Source: the human T2T-CHM13v2.0 reference genome, Homo sapiens
Strand: one strand, 5' to 3'
Assembly (NCBI RefSeq): GCF_009914755.1
Contig: NC_060944.1
DNA: 64,000 nt
The notes under the pieces: generated by a model
Databases searched by the model: none
Told to the model about the DNA's origin: nothing
What the model saw: only the letters and a program-made list of their open reading frames with translations
Shown here: in pieces, positions 1-14,817 of the stretch
Layout: the number at the start of each line of letters is the position of its first letter
Position numbering within the stretch: the stretch's first letter is position 1
Position numbers and translations under genes: made by a program

Positions 1-210
1 CATGCTGCCTGGGTTTGAGTCTTGATTCTGCCACTTACTAGTTGGGAGACATTGGGCAGGTTACTTAGCTACCCTCCTCCTTGGGCTGTTCATCTGTAAC
101 ATAGGGATAATAATGTCCTTGTAGCATGGGTTGCTCTGAGGATTAAAGGAATCCATATATGTAAAGCACTCAGTGTCTGGTGCATAGAAAACACTAAATG
201 CCAGCCATTA
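1..210 (+). mobile_element. MIR SINE
   Basis: ctgggtttgagtct...ctgccacttactag...catctgtaa...gaggattaaa...atgtaaagcac core. Confidence 0.75.
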
Positions 211-920
211 TTATTAATTTATATATCAACTCATTGTTTTTCTTTGGATGATAGAAACTTAATCTCAGAAGTTTGAGGTTTTTCTAACTACCCACCCTTA
301 CCCCAACCCCTGCCAAGGGTTGCGTCTGTATTCCCAAGGGGCTTAGACTGTTACCTGGTATATAGTAGCCTCAAGTAAATGCTGGTGATGATAATAGGGC
401 AGTGCCAAGACATTGGGGGTGTGGGAAGGCAGGGTTAGGGGATGGCATCTGCGCCTCATCAGCATCGATCCTCCATGGTGTCGTATCCTGAAAGTGGGAA
501 AGGCGCTGTCCAGATAGACGCTTATCTCGTAGACAGAACAAGAACGGGGAGGCAACCATTATTTCACATACAGCAAGTTACTGTTATTTTAATGCCCTAA
601 CAATGAATCTATATTTAATTAACTTAAAAGATAGGGGAGGTGAGAGTATTATTCACTAAGTTCTTGGTCAAGGCACATTAAATCAAAGCGGTTAGCACTT
701 AGATCTCTTCCAGGGATAAATTATCTCAGACAAGCTTCAAGGTATGCCATGCTTTGGAATGAATTGTCACTTTCCAACCACCACCACTCAACCTGTGATC
801 TGACCACAGTGTCTTCCTCCTGTCTCCCTTCCCTCTGGGTGCCTGGGAAGGCTGGGCTTCTGCACTGTTCTGCCACTGACTTAAGCTTTGTCGTGACTAT
901 ACCTTCCACTTCTCTTCTAG

Positions 921-1079
921 CTTAAGAGTTGGACAGTGGAGGACCTTCAGAAGAGGCTCTTGGCCCTGGACCCCATGATGGAGCAGGAGATTGAAGAGAT
1001 CCGGCAGAAGTACCAGTCCAAGCGGCAGCCCATCCTGGATGCCATAGAGGCTAAGAAGAGACGGCAACAAAACTTCTGA
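921..1079 (+). CDS. STK4: STK4/MST1 kinase, last coding exon (SARAH domain)
   Basis: Acceptor tctcttctag| then LKSWTVEDLQKRLLALDPMMEQEIEEIRQKYQSKRQPILDAIEAKKRRQQNF-TGA (1077-1079), the MST1 C-terminus. Confidence 0.97.
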   Translation, partial: LKSWTVEDLQKRLLALDPMMEQEIEEIRQKYQSKRQPILDAIEAKKRRQQNF

Positions 1080-3299
1080 GCAAGGCCAGGCTGTGAGGGC
1101 CCCAGCTCCACCCAGGCTTTGGGTGAATTCTGGATGGCTTGCCTCATGTTTGTTAGCCAGCACTTCTGCTCTGTCGTCTCTCCACAGCACCTTTGTGAAC
1201 TCAGGAATGTGCGCCAGTGGGAAGGGCTCTCTTGACAGTCAGCGTGCCATCTTGATGTGTGTATGTACATTGGTCAGGTATATTATCTCAAAGGATTTAT
1301 ATTGGCGCTTTTAACTCAGAGTTTTAAACCCCAGGAACAGAGACTCCTAGTTGAGTGATAGCTGGGAAAGTTTTACATTGTCTGTTTTTCTTCTCCCAAT
1401 AGCTTTCAATTGTTCTTTCTGGAAGACTTTTAAAAAAATATAAATATGCATATATATATATAAATTATAAATAGATTCCCCACGCAGTGTGGTGGCATCT
1501 CTGTACAGGTACAGTTTTAAACGGTTTGCCTCTTTTCTGTAAGATTATGGTACTGTGGAACATGAGGGCAGAGGACACCGGGAGGCTGTTAGGGGGTCAC
1601 TGAATCCCAGGAGCCAACCTCCCCCTTTGCAGGGCTGCATTTAAAAATTAGGTTTGGGACAGTTCTTGTACCGTGGTTTCAGCCTTGTGTGGTCATCACT
1701 GGCTTCTGGAGCTATTGGTGATGTCCAAGGGAAAGCTTTGAGAGTTTATGTTTACTCTTTGAGTCCCAGGAGAAGCCTGGCACCCTCTTTGCAAATTGGC
1801 CTTTGCTCTTTCAATGCCTTTCATCCATCTCCACTCTCTCAACTGCCTAAAGTCACAGCACAGATACTGCCCAGTGCCTTAAGAGGAGACATGATCTCTA
1901 CCAGGGACTCTCAGCAAACACGGGACTGTGTTCAGTCCACAAAGGAAAAGCGTTTTTGAAGCTCTCATTGTTCATGTAAAAATCATACACGTGGCATGTT
2001 GCTCCACATTCCTTACACACAGGGGTAGAGGGGATTGCTTTTGTGACCCACGTTCAAATATGTGACTGTTTTCTTTTCTCTTTTACTGCTAAGCAGCCTG
2101 GAAAGGATAAATGAATATTAGACTAAGATTTGTTTTCCAGGAGGCTCAATCTGAACACACAGAATGTCAGAGCTGGAAGGGACTATAGAGATCATCTGGT
2201 CTGACCCTCTTGTACGGATGATCGGAAAACTGAGGTGTAGAGAGGGGAATGGCCAAAATCACAAAGCAAGTTAGCGTTAAGAGCTGAGACTAGAATTCAG
2301 GGTCCTCACTCCCAGGCCACCGAACCATGCAGCCCCTTCTTTGGGGGAAGAGACCTGTGTCAGTCTTGGTTAATTGTTCCAGGGAACCTTGCTAACAGAA
2401 ACTTGCTCTTGCCTTGGCTCTTCAGTAGATGACCTGGCTGTAAAGAGATTCCCTGGACGAGCCAGATCATTCAGTTTCAGCGAGTCCTTGAGCTCCACAA
2501 CATCTACCAGATATAGCAGACAAGCACCCATGGAGGCAGGTTTCGGGCCTGAAGCAGATCAGAGGGCTTTGCAAAAGACAGCATAGAGCCATCTTCCTGC
2601 AACTTTACCTCTTTCCCTCAGATGGGGAGCCATGACTGGGTTGCACCTCAGGATACTGTAATTTGACTCCATAATTGCTTTTGCTCCTGAAACCTGGGAA
2701 TCAATGGAAAGGCAGGGAATGTGCCTCTTCTGTGGCCAGATTCTGTTATTTGCAATTAAAGCAAGTTTTTAAAAAATGCAAGAGGCAGTTGTTAGTCTTC
2801 AGGGCTTGGCAACTGAAATAGCTATGTGGCGGATACGGAAAACAGAGGACAATTTGAGGATCTTGCTGGAATAATAAATGACAGCTACCATTTGTTGAGC
2901 ACCTATTATATATCAGGCACTGAGCTGGGTAGGCTCTAAACTTCACAATAACCCTGTGACTTAACTACTTTATCTCCATTTTGTAGTTGAAGAAATAAGT
3001 TCAGAGAGAAAGATTCCTTCCCAAGGTCATGCAGCTAGTAAATGATAGAATCAGGATTCATAGCATCACTATAGGGGGTCAATATTTACACAAAAAAGGA
3101 AAGTCACAAGCCTGTTTAAAATGAAGTGACCACCTTTTCTTGCATAGACTAAATAACTCGAACTGGCATTTTTAGGTTGGAAAGACAGCTGAATTAGTAG
3201 TTAAGTCTGATAGCCAAGTAAGTTTTAAAAACCAAAGCATCCAGGATGCACACCCCTGCACCATTTGCTGTGCGAATTAATAGTTCTGTCTCTCTCTCT

Positions 3300-3591
3300 C
3301 TCTTTCTTTTTTCTTTTTATTCTTTGAGATGGATTTTCGCTCTTGTCGCCCAGGCTGGAGTACAATGGCACGATCTTGGCTCACTGCAACCTCCGCCTCC
3401 CGGGTTCAAGCGATTCTTCTGCTGGGATTACAGCATATGCCACCATGCCCAGATTATTTTTTTGTATTTGTAGTAGAGACGGGGTTTCACCATGTCAGTC
3501 AGGCTGGTCTTGAACTCCTGACCTCAGGTGATCCACCCGCCTCAGCCTCCCACACTGCTGGGATTACAGGCATGAGCCACCGCTCCTGGCC
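3300..3591 (-). mobile_element. Alu (S-like) with internal deletion, in STK4 3'UTR
   Basis: Antisense Alu consensus ending ...ctggcc. Confidence 0.9.
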
Positions 3592-4062
3592 TCTCTTTCT
3601 TTTTTAAACAAAGAACTTTGCACTTGGCCAGAGAGGAGGAGAAAGCCCATTTTCTCCCTTCCTAAGCTAGATCCAAATAAAAGAAAGTTCAGTTTTCCCC
3701 CATAACTATTCTTGGGTCATGAACTTTGATCTGGAGTTTGTTTTGTTTCAGGAATGTGTGCACCCAGCTTGCTGATCCAACAAAGTCTATTGCTTACCAG
3801 TCTAGCTTGATGAAGCCTTTTGGCCAGAAGTCAATTTGTTTTGGATCAGAGAAATTTCCTGACAAGGTATATTTGTTTTCTAGTGACAGAAAGGCAAAGG
3901 AACAAGTCCTAGTTGTTGTTGTTGTTGTTGAATACTAAATTTAAGATATGTCAGCTTGCTTTCAATGAGCCTTGGGCTTCTGTTATTGCTTGAGCATTTG
4001 GAACTCGAGCTTCCAGAGAAATTTGAGGTCCTCGCTTGTTCTCTGCCTTCAAGAAACAATGA

Positions 4063-4408
<346 letters not shown>

Positions 4409-4911
4409 AAAAATCTCAGAATTCTTTAAGACTGTTTTAATTGCTCCATCAGTAATTTTGAAGCACTTTCCTTTTTTTTTTTTTTTCCCCTTTTTGTCCC
4501 TTTCCCCAAGCCACCAATTGGATGGATGAATGTTTGACGGGGAAGAGGAAGGGTAGGAGGATGCATGGATGAGTGGATGAGTGGATCGATGGATGTATTG
4601 ATAAATAGATAGAACCAGTCATCTGAAGCAACTTAAGAATTGTAGCCTTGACTCCTTGAGACTGTAGATTTCGATCCAGGAAACATTTATTTAGCACCTG
4701 CCAGATGCCAGAAATTTATACCATTTAAAACTCAGTAAGTCTTTTAAATATCAGGAAGGAGAGAAGCGACATCATGATACATCCTATGGGTATTAAAAAG
4801 CCAATAGAATATTATGAATAATTTTATGCTAATAAATTTAACAACTTCAACATCATAAACAAATTCCTTGAAAAATAAAAAGTACCAAAATTCATTCAAG
4901 AAGAAATAGAT

Positions 4912-5128
4912 ACCAGCCTGAGCAACATGGCAAAATCCCATCTCTACAAAACATCAAAAAAAAAAAAAATTAGTCGGGCATGGTGGTGCACACCTGTAAT
5001 CCCAGCTTGTCAGGAGGCTGAAGTGGGAGGATCACCTGAGCCCAGGGAGGTCAAGGATGCAGTGAGCCATGGTCTCACCACTGCACTCTAGCCTGGGTGA
5101 CAGAATGAGACCCCGTCTCAAAAAAAAA
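4912..5128 (+). mobile_element. 5'-truncated Alu (J-like) inserted in an L1 fragment
   Basis: ccagcctgagcaacatgg...ccccgtctc-An; flanks aagaagaaatagata / aagaagaagtagata. Confidence 0.88.
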
Positions 5129-5832
5129 GAAGAAGTAGATAATCTGAATAGCCCTATATCTATAGAAACTTAATAGTGCTGGGAGATATAGGTATTATTA
5201 TCCTCATTTTACAGATGTGAAAATTGAGGCTCAGAGAAGTAAAGTCTATTGCTCAAGGTCATGTGGCTAGAATATGGCAGAGCCATGATTCAGATCCAGG
5301 TCTTCTGATTCTTATTCCAGTGTCCTTTCTAGCATACCATGTTGCCTCTAAAGATTGCAGCTCCTTATTTACTAGAAAATTGTTCCTGCCCAATCTACAT
5401 CTCCACCTCACCCCATCTTTTCTTAAGCACTATGTTTGTGTTTTTATCAGTATTATATTCATTGTCTTTGGAATACATGTTCTTGTTTGTGTTTGGAAAA
5501 AAAATCTCTTTTACCAGCTTGCACTCGGACCAACTTGGAAAAAAAAAAGCTTAAATGTTGTTGCTATGTACAGTTTAAAAATGTGAAGTTTGTAGCTTTA
5601 ACTTTTTGTAAGAAAATCTAATAACACTGGCTTAAGTGCTGACTTGAAATGCTATTTTGTAAGGTTTGGATGTAAGTAATCAATTGAGGTCAGCAGTTTG
5701 TATGAGACATAGCTTCCTCCATTGCCCCCACTCCTTTTTTCTTTTTTAAGTTTGAGATGCTTCCTGTGTTTTTATGTTAGAATTGTTGTTCTCCTTCTTT
5801 TCTTCTTCCTATACCTCATCACGTTTGTTTTA

Positions 5833-5838
5833 AATAAA
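5833..5838 (+). terminator. STK4: polyadenylation signal of STK4
   Basis: AATAAA at the end of the U-rich UTR segment. Confidence 0.75.
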
Positions 5839-7891
5839 CTGTCCTTTGGACCACAAACCCTTATTAACGAGAACCTCAATATATAGCCTGGATAATGGTG
5901 TTGTGAACAATCTTTGTGACATTGACTCAGTGGTGTGTTTATTCTAAGATCCAAAGCTGGGGAGAGGTTGGTAAACTTTTGTTGGGCTTCTATTATGTGC
6001 CAGGGTACTGAGCTAGTTATCAGGAATATAATAAAGATGAACCAGATACAGTTTTTGCAGGGCATTTGGGGAGTTAGCCAAGCACAAAAACACACAACAT
6101 TGAACATACCATGGTAGAAGAAGGTACAGGGCCTGTGGATACACAGAAGAGGGAGTGACGGTTCTGCTTGGATGTCCAAGGAAACTCTTCTAGAGGAGAC
6201 AATATACCTTGAAACTTTAAAAATGAAGAAGAGATGGCTAGATTAATAAAGAGTAGGAAGTGAGGGAGAGAAGACATCCTGGACAGAAGAGCCCGCCTGT
6301 ATAAAGCCTCTAGTGTGAGATGATCACCTTGGAATCCTTCATCCTCATCTGCTGCTGCACGAAGCCAGGCCAGACGTGGCCCAGCATTCAGAGGTGGAAC
6401 AGCAGGTTCCTGCCCTGGTGTGGCCCATTCTTATCCAGGAATAGTTCTCCAGCCTGACCCTAGGTTTTTTTTTCAGCCTTAAAAGTTGACCCCACGGCAG
6501 AGAGGGAATAGAGTTACATTGAAAAGTAAGTGTAGTTCTCTTGAGTGAAATTGCTCTACAGTATTTAATAGAATAGTTCCACAGTCTGTGTATATAACTG
6601 TCATGTTATTCTGTGGGCCTTTCTTGGAGTGGGGTGATAAGTGCGTTTATTGTTCCCTAACTTACTCACCTCACTCCTTGAAATATTTAGTGTACCTTCC
6701 TTCCTGTAGCCAGGGTTGATGACAGATGTTCCTTATTGATCACACTGAGAACCTATGGCCAGATGAAGGAAAGAAGGAAGGATGAAGTAAGTTTATATTT
6801 ATTAAGCACTTATTATCTGCCAGGCACAATGCAGAGCCGTTTAGATGACTTCATTTGTCTTCTCACACACACTCTTAGGTAAATGATAGTGTACCCTTTC
6901 TATAGACATATGGACTTTTACAGTGTGCAGTACTGCCCACCAGGGGGTGTTTTGGAAATGTATGAGAGTGTTTTTGTGGTGATAGTGATTGAGGAGCCTT
7001 ACCAGCATTTAATGGGCAGGGGCAGGTTTGCTAGATGCTCTGCAGTGCATTCTGGGACAGTCCTGCATAACAAACATCTGTCCGGTGTCCAACACAACAT
7101 TCAGATGTTCCACTGGTTATTAATTTTGGTGAAAATTTTGTTTATAAACGTGATACTAAACCAAAGTTCATTTACATGTAAACACAAAGTACTTTTTATA
7201 TGGTTTTACTGTTTTGTTTTTTTTAAGAATGAACTATGAAGAATGGAGAGACACTTGTAGTTTGTTTTGTTTGGACCTTTACTAAGAGTTGTTCTCCATT
7301 TCAGAAAACCACATCATCAGTGACAGCGATGCTTGTGATTTTTGAGTCACTCACTCAAGATTGGTTTAGATCTGTAGCTGTTGTTTTCACAGAAAGTCTA
7401 TGTAACATGTAAACACATGGTAATTTCAGAGAATGATGAAGTACAGCAAAAAGAAAAGAACAGGGTAATGGGATTGAGAGTAACGTGTGCATGTGTGTGC
7501 ATGCACATCTGTGTATGTGTAGGGAGAGATGGCTTTATATAGAATGATAAACGATGCTTCTGGAGAAACGATGTTTATAATGAGAACTGCATGACAAGAA
7601 GGAACCAGCCAGGCTGAGGGGACAGCAAGAACAAAGACCCTGAGATAAAAACAAAAGTTTGGCTTGTTGGAAGAATGGAAGGATTCTTCCATGGCTGGAA
7701 CAGTGTGTACAAGGTGGGTGAAGGCAAGAATGTTCAGGGCCTTGTGGTCCATGGGAAGGGGTTTGGGTGTTATTCCTGATGAGATGGAGAGCCGTCAAAG
7801 GGTTTTAAGCAAGGAACTGGCATGATAGATTTATGCATTTTGAAACTATGCCTTCATGAAATAGTGCTCAACTTTAGTCATCAGGAAAATA

Positions 7892-8499
<608 letters not shown>

Positions 8500-8833
8500 C
8501 ACAGATTAAAACCTTAATGCATTACTACCGTGTACCCACCATAATAACTAAAATGGAAGAAATAGAAATGCTAGGTATTGGTGACGATATGGAGCAACTG
8601 GAACTCGAGTACTGGTGAATATACCCATGACCTAGCATTCCTTCCCTAGGTATTTTCTCAACAGAAGTGTGTATGCCTTTTTACCACAAGACATATACTA
8701 GAACATTCATAATGGCATTATTTATAATTTTGCCAAACTGGAAACCATCTGGATGCCCAGTGGCAGCATAAATAAATTACGTAGATTCGCATAGTGGAAT
8801 ACTATACAACGAGAATGAGCTACCTATAGCTAC

Positions 8834-9354
8834 TGTGGAAATAAGCAAAAGGGTATTGTGAGCTTGCTACAGCAAAGAAGTCAGCCACTGTTACTTGCAT
8901 TTTGGCAGAGACTCAAAGGCAGGCAAAGGAATGGGAAAGTAGAAAAAAAAGGAAGGCTTCAGGGATGCCCTGTTGGAAGCTGTTGGCATGGGAAAGCTGT
9001 AGGTGGGCTAACTTGAAGCAGGACATCCTATGTGATTGATTTAGGGGTGCATATTTGGTTTCTCTGTTTGATCCTAAGTTGGAAGTGGGGACAAAAATTG
9101 GGGAAGCTGTCAGTTATTAATCAAGTCCTGACCATTTTGGCTTGATTGTTACAGAAGTTATTGTTTAGCTTCCTGGATTGCCACTGGAGATAGCAATCTG
9201 TCTTCCTGCAAGTCTGACTTATAGCAGGCTGGCAACCTGGGCTATTTATTGTAGATATGGGGTTGGTTTCCTGGGCAGGTTACTGCAGGTTGTGGGTCAA
9301 AGTTCTATTTATATATATATTCTGGGATTGTCCATTTGTACATTCAGTCTCTCA
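8834..9354 (-). mobile_element. solo LTR, ERV1/MER4-group-like (MER67-like), inserted in an old L1
   Basis: TG...CA termini, 4-bp TSD CTAC (8830-8833 / 9355-9358), tttatt polyA signal on minus; subfamily uncertain. Confidence 0.65.
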
Positions 9355-9404
9355 CTACATGCAACAATATGGCTGTATCTCTCAAACATTTAAATGAAGC
9401 TAGA

Positions 9405-9822
9405 CACATCCATCGATGGATGAATGAATAAACAAAATAGGGCCTACACATACAATGAAATATTATTCAGCCTTCAGGAGGAGGAAATTCTGACACATGC
9501 TGCAACATGGATGAACCTTGAGGACATTATGCTAAGTGAAATAAACCAGTCACAAAAGGACAAATACATGATTGGACTTACATAAGGTACCTAGAGTAGC
9601 AAGGTCTCTTCATAGAGACAAAGTAGAATGGTGGTTGGCAGAGGGAGGGAGAGAGGGATGGGGAGTTAGTGTTTAATGGGCCCAGAGTTTCAGTTGAGGA
9701 AGATGAAAAAGCTCTGGAGACAGATGTTCTTACAACAATGTGAGTGTACTTAATGCCACAGAACTTTACACTTAAAAATGGTTGAAATGGTAAATTCTAT
9801 ATGTATTTTGCCACAATAAAAA
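9405..9822 (+). mobile_element. L1M 3' end
   Basis: tccatcgatggatgaatg...aacatggatgaaccttgaggacattatgctaagtgaa...ccacaataaaaa. Confidence 0.85.
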
Positions 9823-12800
9823 ATCCAGATACAAACTAGTACATACTGTGCAATTCTTTTTATATACAGTTCAGAACCAAGGAAACCTACTCTATGATGT
9901 TAAAAGTCAGGGCAACGATTGCCTTTGTTGGTTGTGGGGTAGTGACTGGATGTGAGTATGAGGAGGGACTACAGTGCTACTCAGGTTCTAATTCTTTGAG
10001 TGCTTGTTACACAAGTGTGTTCATGATGAGAAAATTTATCAATGTGAACTCTTAGGATCTGTGCTTTTTTTTCCCATATGTATTTTATACTTGAATAAAC
10101 AAGACTTTTTGCCTTCTACTCCACTGGGCTCTTTTAGAAGCTTCCAAGACCATGGATGGGAAGGCCCCTTGGAAACTACCTAGGCCTCTGCAGATGTAAG
10201 GGGTGGTTACTCTTAGCCCATGAGCATTTATCCCAGCCACATCTTGTTCTGATGAATGATCCAACAGAGGCCCAAGACTTGGCAGTGTCAAGTCTGGATT
10301 CAAACTTAGGCTTCTTGACTCCAGTGTTCACTCCAGGACCCCAACTATGGCCTCAAGTGTGAGTCCAGGTTGTGATCTCTAGATAAGCAAACCCCTTCCT
10401 TTCCCAGTGCCCTCTGCTTGGAGTTGCTTTGCCCTCCAGAGGAAAACAAGAGCCCTGGTAGAGGCTGCTGAGCTCTATTTCCTTGCTTTGCATTTTTTGG
10501 GCTTCTTTAATATTTAACCTTGTGCCAGGCATTTTCATACATATTATCTTACTTGAACTTGCCCATAACGCTCTGAGGTGTAGGTGTTATTAAACCAAGA
10601 TAAGTGAAGAAACAGGCTCAGAGAGACAAAGAAACCCAACCAAGATCACACACCTCATAAGAAGCAGATTCAAGCCCAACTTGCTGGACTTAACCACATT
10701 CTTTCCTCTGCATCGCATGGCATCCCTCATATTCTCCCATTTTATTCAAATATTGTAAATAACTCACTGTCTGAAGCCAACACAGAAACACAGAGCAGAG
10801 AGAGAAGCAGGGAAAAATGACAAGATGACTTCAGTGGAACCTCTGGATCCACCTGCACTTAAGTCACTTTGTTGGGTCTCTTTCACTTGTACCTGAAAGA
10901 TTCCTTATTGATCTAGGTATGTAGGAAAAGATGGCAGGGAGGTGGGGTGGGGGTTGGATACCAGTTGGGGGTTGGTCCTGATAATAATACCCCTTAGAGG
11001 TCAACAGGTCCAATCTAGGGTCACACACTGATGAGTGGCAGGGCCAATATTTGAACCCAGATGTGACTTCAAAAACCAAGGTGTGTGCAATTCTTCCTCT
11101 TGAATGAATGAATTTCTTGAGGGTTCTGAACTCTACCCTTCTGAGCAAGGTTAAATACCAGTCTACAACTGCCCTTGTCCTTTTCTTCCTTTCTAGCAGA
11201 CAGGATTCTGAAAGACATTCCCTGTGCCACCCCCTCCCCTTCCTTCTCAAAGACTCCTGTCTTAGAAGATTATCTTCTCAACTTACTAACTTCCTGGAGA
11301 ATTCTTTCCACACCGGCAGGGCCGGACTGGCCTGAAGTATGAGGTCTGGTATTGAGGACCATCCCAGCCAGCACCTCAGGGCTGTTTCCAGAGCCTTCAG
11401 ATAGAAGAAACTCATTATAGGACGCACACTTCAAAGCCACTTCCTTCAGTGGTGCCTGGGGAGTTAAGTTTACCAGACAAAGTGATAATAGTGGGAAGTG
11501 GTGCTGAGTGAGTACAATCTGGTATTAAAAAGCCTGAGTTTGAATCCCTGATCTGCTACTTTTTAACTGTCTGACCATGGATCTTGGTTTTTTCATCTGT
11601 TCAGTGGTGATACTACTATTTTATTGTTGTTGCTGTTGTCTTGTGGGGTTGTTGTGAGAAGTATATGAGATAATGTATGTGAAACCACTTTGCAAATTAC
11701 AGTGACAAGGATATGTGGAGGATGACTATTATTTGCTAGGCTATCTTCACTCTTGGGGGCTTCAAAGAGTACCATATAAGTCAACTGGAGTCTTCCACTC
11801 TGATGTCCCAGTGTAAACACCCTGCTTGGCCCTTATTTGAGCTGAACAGCTCTTCTTACTCAAAGGGATTGAGGAATGGGATTTGCTTCTTGTCTGACCT
11901 TGGACTTCTGGGTCTCTCTTTTCTGATCTGTAAAATGGGGCTGGAGAGGGGGCAGATCTTCAATCTGATAATCCCTAAGGAATATTATGTCTCACTCACA
12001 AGGGAAGTCGCCACCTTGAGGTCACTGCAAAGAGGGGGAAACTCAGTTTGTTTATCATTAACAACAAGCACATCACATCTCAGAGCCCAGATGTGCTGAG
12101 CTGTCCCACATGCCCCCAGTTGCTCCCTAACATCTCTGGACATTATCCTTCCATTTTACAGAAGTTGAAACTGAAGACCAAGAGAGCAAGACTGCAAGGG
12201 ATTACTATGAGATCCGTCCTGTACTCCCTCTTCTGGGAACTGCTTGACTCCTACCCCAGCCATAGGTTCACATGATCCAACCCCTTCGCCCCAGTTGAGT
12301 GATCCAGTCATCTCACCCAAGGTGACCAATCTCTGGGCCAATCAGATTTTTCAAACTGGAAATGGGAAGTTCTCTAGTGGAGGCGCTACAAGATACCAAA
12401 CTGGGAGATGTTGGTAACCCTGTTATCTACCATGTGATGCAGAAACCAATCTCTCCGTCTGTCTATCTGTTTCTCTGTCTCTCTCTCTCATTCTTGATTT
12501 CGTCGTTGCTGAAACCAAGCTGCCTGGCTGCCATTCTCACTCAGTGGTATTGTAAAAGATATGTGTTGGTTTTGTCTCCCCTGGATCCTTTCCCCTCATT
12601 TTAATGAAAGGACCCTCATCTTCCTTCAGGGAGCTACCCCTCTGCCATCTATGTCCTGGTGGGACTGTCTGTGATAGTTCCTCCCATCTCACCCCGAAAT
12701 CATGTGATGAGCATATGACCCAAACCAGTCTAGTTAGACTCAATCTTCAGAGAATTTTTTAGCTTGAGCAGAGTGATTTATACAATGGAGGCAGTTGTCA

Positions 12801-14320
12801 CTAAGCTATTTTAATTGTAGTGCCCCAAAGAGGTGATTTATGAGTTTTACCTACCTCAATCCCTATGTTGCTCGAATTGCTGTCTTTCTCAAAGCCTTGT
12901 TGTTTAATTTGACTTTGATCCTATCCAGTACCTTTCCAATGCAGTCCTTTTTTGGCTTAAGTTTTCCAGAGTTGGATTCTGTTGTTTGCAACCAAAAATT
13001 CCTAACTGATACAGAAATTGGAACTAGAGTTGAGTTGTAGACACCATATCCTCTAGGAAATGTGGGATATTTCCTAAGACTGTGATGGGGCAAAATACAA
13101 TGAGGTTGTTGCTCATGCTCTAGTCTGGGAAGCCAGCAATGGTCTGCAATGGTAAAGACCTATGTCTTACATTACTTCATAGCATCTGACCACTGAGGAG
13201 GCTCTCAGAGAAGGGATAACACGTGTCACAGTTAATTTTAAGGAAGTGAGGAGTGTTCAGGCTGTGTGATAGAGTATTTTGTTTCTAACCACATAGATTA
13301 ATATAAAGGGAGAGTCAACAAAGGAAGCCCCAATGCCTTTTTTTTTAACATAAAAAAAATTCATAAACAGAATGAACGGACAGCATTTCTATGACTACGG
13401 TAAAAGACTCTCTTATGACTTGCAGTAGGGCCTAGTTCTCCAAATACCAAAGTTGGCAATTGATGATGCAGGCTGCTGAATTCACAGCCCTGCTGCACTT
13501 TGTGAAGTTAGGCATTAATAGGCAGTGGGATTATGACAAGTGGAATGATCATATGAGAGGATGTGGGAGAAAACTGAAAGCTCTCTAAAACACTGGGTGC
13601 AAACAATTCACACCTTTTCTTAGAGGAGAAAGCTCACAATTTTCTGCTTGCCCCATCCCTCAAGGCTACTTAGCTGGAAGGTGGGGATCAGTTTGGCCTA
13701 GAGCATGACAAGTAGACACAGTAGGTAAAAATCCTGGACCCATACAGAATTGAAGAAACTTGTTAACTGACACCATCAAAAATTTGGGGAAGTATCTGTG
13801 GAAATGGATTTTTGTGGTGCTTTATCAAGGAAGGGGGAATGTAATCTTGGCTCAGGCTGATCTTCTTGATATGGTTTCACTTGCCAGGGATTATTTGGCA
13901 TTCTCTGTGCTAGCTCCAGGAGCTGGCAAGGCTCTAACAATGTGATGAGTTGGCTAATGCAAACTTAAAACAAATGCTGGCCCACGTGAAATGGAACTTA
14001 AGGGCCCCAAATCCCTTGGCATCATGTAGAGGAAGAGATTCAAAGATTTCTGAAAGACAGGAGGCTGGATTGGATCTATTTTGTGCCTCCTTCCCACAAA
14101 TACCTCTAACTGTAGCCCTCACACTTTACCCTTGCTTTGAGGAAAGTCAAGAATGCTGGGTGGAGGGGCTGCAATTTGAAATAGGTTGCCTGATTCAGAG
14201 GGGAAGAAGAATGCAGAGATGTGGGAGGCCAGGCGTTGGCACTTCATCCTCAGAAATGAAGTGGGAGTGATCACTGGAATATTCAGTAGGCTCTGTATGA
14301 GGCAAGAACTCATGGTGTAG

Positions 14321-14817
14321 TGTTACAGGCCGAAATGATGAGAGTCGTGATCAACTCCATATACTACTGGAGGCTATATGAGTAAGCAGCAAACTGTTTC
14401 TCATAAATGCAGAATGTTGGCAAACCGACGAACTGCATCTGCCACCCGGCAGGAATGCTGAGGGCAGTCACGTCCCAAGCATAGTGTTTCTTGTGATTAG
14501 GTACATCTGAAGCCTGTTAGTAACAATATGAACCTGTGATCAGTTAAGCAGCTGACCAATCATTACCTCCTCCTCCCTGCTCTTGTTACCCAATAAATAG
14601 GAAGGACTGTGGAAGCTTGGGGGCTGCCTTTGCTCACTAGAAGCGGGGAGCTCTCTTCTTCTTCCCCGGCCCCTTCCTTTAAAATAGTTTCTTTTGTGTT
14701 AAGTTTTCATTTCTATGTTCGTCCCTTCATTCAGTCTTGTAATGACGGTCTCAGGCAGTAACAGTAGTAAGCTGTCGTAATGATGGTCTCAAGTAGTAAC
14801 CGTGGCACACTGCCACA
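14321..14817 (+). mobile_element. solo LTR, HERV-K(HML-6) LTR3-like
   Basis: TG...CA, 497 bp, perfect 6-bp TSD GTGTAG (14315-14320 / 14818-14823); start resembles recalled LTR3 consensus. Confidence 0.78.

Noticed and set aside
502-511. GGCGCTGTCC REST/RE1 half-site (and a left-half-like site at ~50890)
   Set aside because: Only half of the 21-bp motif is present
3246-3607. Alu-derived ORFs here and at 4108, 8086, 27965, 33231, 34386-35183, 44741 and 55140-55822
   Set aside because: Typical Alu translations, not genes
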